Below are positions 26,550 through 36,500 of a stretch of DNA of 50,266 nt, in pieces. The stretch covers positions 124,001 to 174,266 of the forward strand of contig KZ537990.1 in the NCBI GenBank assembly GCA_000934665.2. The letters run 5' to 3'. Both the position numbers and the translations under genes were made by a program. Below the pieces are notes generated by a model. It saw only the letters and a program-made list of their open reading frames with translations. It did not search any database and was not told where the DNA came from. The DNA comes from Catajapyx aquilonaris (lineage: Eukaryota). Positions within the stretch are counted from its first letter, which is position 1, and every line of letters starts with the position of its first letter.

Positions 26550-26639
26550 ATATTGACTGATGCGATTAATTTGATTTTTTTAAAAAAAATACGTATCCAA
26601 TACTCTCACGATTCTCACTCCTAATAAAAAACAACCTTC

Positions 26640-28000
26640 ACACCTGACGTCACCCCTCTGCTAAATCGATAACTGATATTTGATTGAGTATACTCTGTCA
26701 CCCCGTTTTTCCGTGACAGGTGCGACACCTCAGCTAATTGGACAACTATAGGAAGGACAGTTGGTTCTGAAGCCGTCCTAATCCTCTCCCCCCCCGGTCG
26801 CATTTGACGTCACCCCCAAGGATATAGGAAGGGGGGGGCTGAAGGCTACCCAATTAATCCCCCTCCAAACCCAGTCATCCATCTTGTTTTTGGTGAAAAA
26901 CCATCCTCCAGCGTAGATGGCAACAGCAGGAGTTGCCTTTAACTGTGTCTATTGACCCAGTTTTCCTCCGCATTGCCCTCTCACCATATCGCTTCACCTA
27001 AAATCAGCTTCGGCTGCTGCTGCTGCTTTTTGCAAAGGTCAAAGGTTGAATCCGGGCGAGAGGATGGATCCGGAGGGGGGGATGGCCTCGGTTTCGGTTG
27101 GGAGGTTAAACAGGGGAAGGTTAGACCGCTGGGAAAAGGGGGGGTCGACTAGACTAAGGTCAAGTTGAAGAGTGCCATAAACCCTCGTTTTTTTTTTTGG
27201 GGGGGGGGGGGGGGNGAGAAAAGTACACGTGAACTAGAGTTAACTCGCTGGTTAAATCCTGTAAAATTATCCTGGGTTGTATGCAACCGCACGCTTGTCA
27301 AAAGGAGATGCATAACCTGCAGGAGCAGCTCATAAGCAATTCATGTTGTTTTTTTTTGTTTTTTACCCAAATTTTTCGGATAAATTCAGCAATGTGGCAA
27401 CGCTGCGGGCATTGACCGGATTTGGAGCGCGTGTATAACTGGAGACGTGACTTTTTTTACCCTCTTGAATGATGGTCCGGATAAGATTGGCACGTGGAAA
27501 TCAAGCAATCCAACTAACATTGCCACCCCCTCATCAAAATAATTAAAATGAAAATAAATTTCGAACCTATTTGCAGAGTCCGTATCAATGTCATCTTTCT
27601 AGTAGGCTACACCCTTTTGCTCGACTTTTGTACCACCACCACACTATGTCCCCTCTCCCCCCCAAAAATGTAGTTTTCTTGAGCATCTGAATTGCGTCAC
27701 CAGATATGCCCGCATGGCAGCCTAATTCAAAATTCATGGCGAAGTGCCATCTTGGGAATTGCTGACGTCAGGGGTGGACCTGATCAACGTCACAATCGAC
27801 GGGGTGGTGCCAACATTTGGGTGCAGATTTTTAAACAAGAAGAGAAGAGGGGGAATAAAAATTGTGTGGAAAGGTGCAGACGATAGACCTCTGCACAATA
27901 ATGTACTATTAAGCTATAGTTCGAGTATAGTAATAGGTTGTTTTTTTGCTTTGGAAGAGGAGCCTTATTATAGAGAGACGACTGCAGTGACGTCACGATT
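26640..28000. promoter_or_regulatory. Proximal regulatory module upstream of mir-210
   Basis: TGACGTCA at 26645, 26805, 27763 and 27988; TAATCC at 26779 and 26855; CTCF-like GCGTAGATGGCAACA at 26911; AGGTCAAAGGTTG at 27036; ATTGGCACGTGGAAA at ~27486. Confidence 0.55.
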
Positions 28001-28077
28001 TCCACTGCAGCTGCTGGACACTGCACAAGATTAGACTACTGAAAACTCTTGTGCGTGTGACAGCGGCTATTGTGGAA
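28000..28077 (+). ncRNA. mir-210: microRNA mir-210 precursor hairpin
   Basis: 3p arm CTTGTGCGTGTGACAGCGGCTA (28048-28069) matches the conserved miR-210-3p as I recall it. The 5p arm AGCTGCTGGACACTGCACAAGA (28009-28030) pairs with it. The loop begins TTAGACT as in insect mir-210. Lower stem TTCCAC / GTGGAA. Confidence 0.96.
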
Positions 28078-28516
28078 GGTCAAAGGTCACAGGTCGATCC
28101 TACCCTGCGTTTTGACCATTTGATGTTTGTTAACGGGTGAAACATGTGCCCACATTTTTGCTTACAACGATCCGAACCCTATACTATATTCGTCGGTATA
28201 AAATCAGAAAAACCGACTTTAAAAAAAATATATACTGTATAAAAATGAGACACATCGAACAGTTTATTAAATTTTTCCATATGCGGCAAAAATGTGATTA
28301 TTTATTTGAAGACATAACAAGCAGAACGATCAATCGCATGTTCGTAAAAAATCGTTCAATAAAGTTATCAGATAAAGTCAGACTTCTGTTTAAGAAAACT
28401 GCCCCTTATAAAATTAATCAAATAATTAAGTAACAATGCAAATAATAATGGAGCTTTAATCTCGAAAATAAATGTGATTCGATTGTTCTGCATTTCAAAT
28501 ATATTTTTTTGTCCAG

Positions 28517-28567
28517 CAATATATTATAAGCCCAACGATGAAGAAGATGCTACTACTCTTCGTTATG
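28517..28567 (+). other. Candidate 51-nt exon downstream of mir-210
   Basis: Acceptor TTTTTTTGTCCAG (ends 28516) and donor ATG|GTAAGA (28568); a further strong acceptor TTTTTTTTTTCCAG lies at ~29132-29145. Confidence 0.35.
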
Positions 28568-28959
28568 GTAAGAGAATATCACCATATTTGTTGTAATATT
28601 AGATTGCAATGCATGCTTGTTAAAATAACTTTGCCCATCATGAATCAAATGCGCAATTTGAAAATAATTGCAAGTCTGGCGTCATTCACTATCGGTCAAT
28701 CCACTCAAGAACAACTGATGGTGAGAACTTTTTTTCCCCCCGGTTGACGTCAGATGTTACGTATTTCCAGGGGGGCAATAATAATAACCTAATATTCAAG
28801 CCTATAAAACCACTTTTTGAACCGATTTCGACTGCAAATGTCACAAATTATCGGACAATTACTAAATATAAGTTATTGCTCATTTGGCACAGTGCATCAT
28901 AAGACAAAAAAAACAGAAATTCCCATAAATAATTCGCATTTACCTCAAATGTCTGAATC

Positions 28960-29012
<53 letters not shown>

Positions 29013-29022
29013 TAATAATAAT
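28960..29022. repeat. (AAT)n microsatellite
   Basis: AAT run with one AAC interruption. Confidence 0.95.
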
Positions 29023-30555
29023 GTTGTTTACAGAAGTTCAGAAAAGTCGCTGGAAAAAGGCAGGAGAAATCTTTACAGGATTTATCCTACGTCCCGCAGC
29101 CTACGTCCCGCTTAGTGTACAAAAATAGCAATTTTTTTTTTCCAGAGAGCTTTGTGAATGCTATATTTGGTAAAAATGTTCCCCCGAATAATACAACTCC
29201 GTAGGCTGGTCATCAAAACATAATGCGACCTTCTCAACAGAAGGATCGGCTGCCGTGATGCCACTTGACGTGGGAGTTGATTTAACAAGGTCGAGAAACA
29301 GGATGACGTGCAGGGCAGGAAGTGTGTGTTTAATATATACATTCAGGTTACCATGGTTGAGTGGACTTTTCTTCATGAAAAGTATATCATTTTGGTCATA
29401 CTACTCATGTGAAAAAGTTTATCACCTCTATTTTCTAGCGTAATGTCAACATTTTCATGCTTACATAACTAAGTCCATGGTAGCGTAAAAGCTCACACTA
29501 AACTCCCGTAACTTCATCCTTTGAATAAAATATCAGTCGGACAGCGTAAGACTGTGCATGTAGTTTTTCATGCTAAAAATGTACAAGCTTGCATATTTTA
29601 CAGTCAGGCAAGGAACACTCCCTGTTACATGTGTAATGACACTAGGCAACTGCCTCTTCCCTGAATAATTTCATGCAAATGGACACGGCGGAAATATCCT
29701 TCTCCGCATTTTTCAATGTCAAAGAATACATCGGTACAGCATTATCTCAACCATTAACATGTGCTTTATATCTTGCAGCACATTGTATGAACTAAGCAAC
29801 AATTACAACCCATAGTATCTAATTGATGAAGTAAGTATGGTCAGCTGAAAAATGGTGGTAGGTAAAATTAATCACACAGTACTCATTTCAGACATTGTAT
29901 TCATACCCTGCTTACTGGTACAGATCCCCAGCGATTACAATGTGATGATTCAATCACAGCCATTGCACGAGAAAATAAAAACCAGAGTGGATTTTCATTT
30001 CAAAAAAATCAAAAATATGAACACTTGATTGAGCTTTTCAACCCCATAAAATCAACATTACTACTGTATAGTGACTAAAAAGGGACGCATATTTGGCATA
30101 AACAGAAATGCATGCAAACAACCAGCAATCATTCAATTTGAAGACCTGTTTGCAAATTGGGTACACGTTAACCACGACTCAAATATTGGTGCAAGCCCTG
30201 TGACATAATCTGGCACAATTTTCTCCCCAACACGCAGAAACAGTTTAAAAAAAAAAACTGTGACAATTTACCTCCATAACAGGAGGTACTTTCTTGGCTC
30301 TCACATGTGATATGCCATGAATAAATGCGTAATTTTGCAGGTAAACTTAAATTTGTTCATCGGTGGTCAGTGCACATGTGAAATTGGTGGTGTGACGATC
30401 ACATTTCAAAGTAAAGACTGCCGGAATGATTATTCAAGTTCGCCTGAATGCAACAGCCACCGTCTCGTCAAGTGAAAAGTTCTGCTTCAAGTTAATGAGA
30501 AATACTGCCAGTAATTAGGGCACCCAGCACATATTTGAGGCGTGGCAGACTTGAC

Positions 30556-33500
30556 TCAGTTCTTGTTCCCTGTCGTTATGGAGCACTGGATTGAACGTAG
30601 CCTCTCCCTAGCCGGCTCAAAAGATGATTGCAAAGCCAGAGTCGATGCGTAAAATACCATTGCCAGCTCCAAGTCTCCCTTGGCTGCATATATGTTGGCC
30701 ATGGTAAAGTGAATGACCACAAATTTTGGAGACACTTCCAGAGCCATGTTGGCAGCCACAAGTGCATTGTTGTAGAGCTCAGACCGATGGAAAACGTTGG
30801 CCAGGCTGACCAGGGCCACATCCTTCATGTTTCGAGGAGCATAGTGAAGGGCCTGCCTCAAGCAGGTCACGGCCTCAGAGCCATCTCCTGTGATCCTCCA
30901 GTAGAGTGCCGCAGCAGTTGTTAGCACCCAGGAGGTAGGGTCCTTGCATATATAATATCAGATGAGGTGTGAAAATATAGGAAGGAAATTGGCCATGCAA
31001 AATGTGCAAATGTGGAACATTGAATATTGACACAATTCTTTTCATAAAAAATCCCCTAGGGGTCAAGTACCACCCTTTACATGAAATGACCCAGTTCCTG
31101 AAAATATGTAACTGAAAATATTTTTGAAAACCGCAATACAAAATAAATGTCATTAAGATTTTATAAGTGTTCCCAGTAAAATGAGCATACTTCGATTCAC
31201 AGTACAGCTGGGATGACAATCAAAATTTAACGCCCTGTACAAGAATTGATAGTTGAAGGTCTAAGTGCATAACCCCTGACCTTTGATCCCTGCAAGCTCC
31301 ACGAAATGATTAGTAAGGAGATGTCAATGCATGAACTACAGATTGAGTATCTACTGTATGAGGGCACAATTATTACTCGACAAGTTTAACTGGCTGAGGG
31401 GAAAAAAAGTGCCGTGTCTGATCATGCGCATATAGAAGCAGCTTCTGTAAAGCAGTTCAGGTTCATGCTTATTACTTTCAGACGTAATGATGAGAGCCAT
31501 ACCTAAAGGGCACACTTTGACCTTCAACAAGGATCCTCTGGAGTGTTAAATTCTTATTAAATTGTTCCCATGATCTGGAATCACAAAGGGACAGGAATGC
31601 ACTGTAAAACTGATTACGAGGCATTGGCTCACACTCGAATATTTGCCTCGAATGCTACTGTGAACCTGTTGATCCCCTCAACAATAGATCCCAACTCAAT
31701 TTCTTTCCAATTCCATTTATCAAATCAGTACTATTGGAAATGCTGTAGGGTGAATTCTAATTACACCTTGACATTTGCCAAACCCAACTTGAAGAGTTTT
31801 TTCCTTCAAATGTCACATGAACTTCTAGATATTCCTTAAATGTCATGATCTATGACCAAACACCGTACACCCACTGCATGAAGCTGTGGTGTAAATGTGG
31901 TGACGATTCATTTGAATGCCCTTTTAAAAAAATCTTTGTACAAACTCCAGTGTTGCAACACATTTACCAAGCCTTCAGAACACAAAAGGTTAATTAAATT
32001 CATTACCGCCACATGCAATAATGCTACACTGCTCCTCACCTTCTGAAGTGCAATTGCTACTCTGGTTGCCATGTCATCAACCTTGTGTACTCCGTCCCCA
32101 GCTAGGCTCTGGAATGCTTCTTTCAGCCCTGCCTCAGCACCATACTTCAGTTGGTCCCTGTGCCTAACTCCCGAGAGGTGATCCAGGGTGGCCATTGACG
32201 CTGGGAAGTCTGCCTGGCAACGGGGCTTCAACGACACGGAATGGCCATCCCGCAGTGCTGGACCCAGGAGTTGGGACATGCTGGATGAAGAGAAACATTA
32301 CCGCATGCAACAATGTATATCAGCACCAAATGCTTAATCACAGAACTTGAAGATATAAAGTTGAAATCCAGAGAAGTTTACGCAATTTTCTTTACCGTAC
32401 TCTTTTTCCCTTATTTTCACCTTTGGCATTATAGGCCTGTTGAGGTATAGTCGGCTCAAGGTAAGTCTACACAGCTCCCTCACCCCCTTTCCACTTCATT
32501 TATTCTGTGCTGCATTTGTTTATAAAATAAAATACATACTGTACCTATTCATTAAATGTATGGTTTTTCCAGCTTCCATCTGTTGAATTTCAGGAATTAA
32601 TAATGAAAATGCTTAACAAGTACCCATCCACATATGGCCAAACATGGTAGCCTACAACTTACACATCCACATGCCTAACTTTTGTAGTTCCCTAAAGATT
32701 GCAGCTAATGTTATTTACAGTAATATCTTCTTACAATTTACGATGAGGAAGTATCCTAAATCAATAAACAATTTCTATCTTTTACCCACATAAAAACTCT
32801 AATCGCGGATAAGACATATAGAACGAAACTGAACTCACTCGATTCCTTTGGTGCTAACACTGAGCCATGTGGATGTGAACTGCTTCCACTCGATCTTCTT
32901 TGCCCCTTGGCAGTCCATCGCAGGCCAGGTCATGTCTGGGATCTGCACAAACATGTCTGGAAGAGGGCCATCACGCAGGACACCCACTTCCTCCACTGGG
33001 TGACGGCAGGGGGCAGGCGTTATGGCGGTATTCAGGAGTGTATCCAAGGAATTTCCACTCAGGGGCGACGATGCTTAAAGAAAATTAATATGGCCGCTGA
33101 ATTTTTAATTGGGCATACTCGTGTGAATTATGCCATGCCAAATTTTAGTACAAATGCCAGGCTTACACTCTTCTGTTAGTATTATGTACAAGTTAATGCA
33201 ATAGTGTATAACTGGAATAAAGTGTTGGAAGTTGGGCTAAAATAAGTGGCACACTGAAACTGTAATGTGATGATCACTTTTAACATGAAACTCTTCAATT
33301 TGTAAAGAAGACTGAGGCTTGAAACAACTATCTCAACAATCTGAAATTCTTAACAATTTGGCCAACATTAGCAAAATTACAATTAAATTCAACAGAATAT
33401 TCATGGTCTCACACTGCTGCACAAAGGGCACACTACAGACTTACATATGCACTTATCAACACTGCTTGTGTCGCCTTCTCCTTCCACTTCATCATTCTCC

Positions 33501-36500
33501 TTCTCCTCCTCTTCCTCCTGCTCCTGCTCCTGCTCCTGCTCCTCCTGCACCTGCTCCTCTTCCTCCTGCTCTTCCATCCCACTGCATCCCAAGGATTTTA
33601 GAGTCCTTCTGACCTCCGCATCCTCTGGTTCCACTTCTAAAACCCTCTTATAGTGTTCTACAGATCCAGAATTATTCCCAGCCAATGCAAGCAGGTTACC
33701 AATCAGTGTGTTGGTTGACGGCTGAAATGAATTCAAAATCATAATGTAGTACAAAATCATTCCAAAGTTTTTCCCTGATGCATCAGTCCGAAGATGGAGT
33801 AGACGTCGCATCATGTGATCAAAAGAGAAGTGACCCACCGAAAGCGCCTTCCAAGCGCAATCCCTACTTGCGAGAATGCCATGATAATCCCTATACAACA
33901 AATTTAATCAAAGATCTTGTCCGTAAATTGAAGTGGAAGTCCTCTGCAATCCACACGCTACAGAACCGACCTGTTCCATTGTGACTTTCACGATTTTGGT
34001 GAACCGAAGAAAGCTTTGCACAGAGGCGGATTCCATATGGACGATGAGTGAAGGAGGGGTTGCGGATATGGTTCCAGGAACAACCCAAAGACTAAGCCTT
34101 ATGTTTCAGTGGGATAAATGTCTCAATCATCACAGCCAATACTTTTGAAAAAGATTAGATGTTAAATTGATAAAACCTTCAGACCATTTTCTATTGACTG
34201 GATGCCGCTTTCAGTGGGTCGCTTCCCTTTTGATCACACGATGCGACACCTGCTCCCTCTAGCCACGCATATTTTTCTTTAATGTTTGAAGGTTATCCCT
34301 GCCAATAGGCATTATTTCATGGCCCATAGTTTTTCCACAATAAATACAGCTCATTATTTATTGACTGCACCTAATACTATGATCAATGTGACCAGGATAC
34401 CATTAACCCTTTCATTCCTGAATTTTTTGGGCCATTTCTTCTCTTTTTGAAAAAAATTTGTAGTAGGAGTGATATAATGAAAAACAATATGCTTCAATAT
34501 TTATCATTTTTACTCGTGGTGGTCCTTTGAAATGTAAAAATGCCAAAAACATTCACCTACAGGGTGGTCCAGAAAAAAAATTAAATGCCATTAACATTAA
34601 ATGCAATTAAATTAATTTAAATTTTTAAAATCACTATAAAATTGTTACGATGGTTGCAAAATAATACTAAAACACTGTACTATGAGAAATTCCTAAGCAT
34701 CCAGACTTATGGGACACCCTGTAATTATGCCGCCGGGTGGGGGGTTGTTTACCGTTCAAGGGCGCGAGCAAAATATAACAATCCGACTTTGTGGGTGCTG
34801 AGTCACCATCCACTAGATGGCACAAGAAGTTTGACCCACAAAGTTTGCCTTCTGCATGCGAATGCTTTGCCGCCAGATTAATTGTTGCCATATGGCAACG
34901 GTGGGAATGAAAGGGTTAATAATATTATTTTGAGTGCACATTTTTCAACTTCCAAGCCCTTCAGGCAAACATAATTAGCATCTGGTAATGACCTCATACG
35001 GATTGAGTTGAAAGGCTTCCTCAAGCAGCATCATAGCCTCTTCTCCTTCACCATTCCTGTCCAGGATGGCCGCAAGGTTCACCAGAGCCACATCCTTGAA
35101 CTCAGTCGGGACCCTCAAGACTGCATGGCGAAGACATTCCACACTGTTGTAGAGGTTACCATGTACCCTCCAGTAAAAACTGGCCAGCACTTGAAGCAAC
35201 CATGACGGTCCAGACCTCTGCAGAAATATAAATGAGAAGACTCACCACCAGAAATAAGATTCAAAAATTCTCACAAACAAATTATGATTTTAGGCTGCGT
35301 TTACATAATTATGACTCTATGAGCAGTTTGATCACAGATGAAACCAATTGTTTGGGGTGAAACATGGTTGGCAGACCCTACTTTTGCCCCAAACAATTGG
35401 TTTCATCACTCAGCGATGGTCATCACTGATCATATCGCTCGTATGAAAACCAGATGATATATCTAGGTTCAACGACAACAATATCAGAGTAATTGTGACA
35501 TTAACTATGTAGTACATGAATGCTCTCTGTTCAGTTATGTTGTATTAAGAGTGAGTGAGAGCGCCCCTTTTCCTGTCTTTTCCATCCAAAAACCAACTGC
35601 ACATGAAAAAATTTAATGTAAGATAACAAGCAAACCTTTTTAATGGCAGTGAGAATTCTCTGCCCTACTTCCGCACTGTTAGCATCCCCATTGATATAAC
35701 CCATGAGGTGGTCCGACAGCTTCGTCTCAGAGGCCTTCGAAGCAACCTTGGCTCGACCTTTGATTCCCTCCAAGTAGTCGTACTCTGTGGATCCCGAGGC
35801 CAGCTTCTCACATATCGGGGGGTACCATGGCAAGGGATGCTCTTCATTAGGACCCAGTCCTATCCCAATGCCTAGGTATGACGCCACACTAGCAAGAAAT
35901 CATTGTCTGACATGTCAAATATTTCATCAAACTTAGTCTAAAATTAAGGCAACAAAAGCCTGCATGTAACTTCAAATTTAAATTGGTTTAAATTGGCTCT
36001 GCCTACCATGTATTATTTACAAGCATAAACCTTACTCATAGCCCTTGTTCTCTGGAGGCAGAAAGACACTCGGCATGTCCATTTTCGCTGGCAGCTTGAT
36101 CCCTTCGAACTGACAGTCCCCTTTGTTTGGCCATCCTCCCATGGTCACTCTCCCAGGGACATATTTGGCAGGAAAGTATTTGGCAGGAAAGGTGGGCACA
36201 AAGTCCTCTTCTTCCTCATCCTCTTCCTCAACGTCCACCTGGTCATCTGACGAAAGGGCCCCAGCCCCCTTTTTGACCACCTGTTCGCTCAACCTCTCCG
36301 CCTTGCTCTCCACGTTCTTCAGCAATGATTCCAGGTTGAGAGCCACGTCTGTCAGCATACTGGACGCAGGTATTTCAGGAAGAAAGTGCTGCTTCATGTT
36401 GCAGCTTATGATGTTCAGTCCATTCTCCTGGTATTCGAAACAGTCCTCGCCTGTCACAGTAAAAACTATAATTCAATCTTAATGACAGAACTTCTGAGAG

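Noticed and set aside
26000..28000. A hypoxia-response element cluster, as expected for vertebrate miR-210
   Set aside because: I saw no cluster of TACGTG/GACGTG-type HREs near the hairpin; the ACGTG hits are mostly palindromic CACGTG E-boxes.
310..29443. The many 60-150 aa ORFs in the first 29 kb
   Set aside because: No recognisable domains; many are microsatellite or homopolymer read-throughs (poly-I, RERE, LSLS) or use non-ATG starts; they are consistent with chance ORFs.
33401..33901. The 166-aa ORF as a standalone gene
   Set aside because: It is TTC17 exon 10 (33721-33445) extended into intron and MITE sequence.
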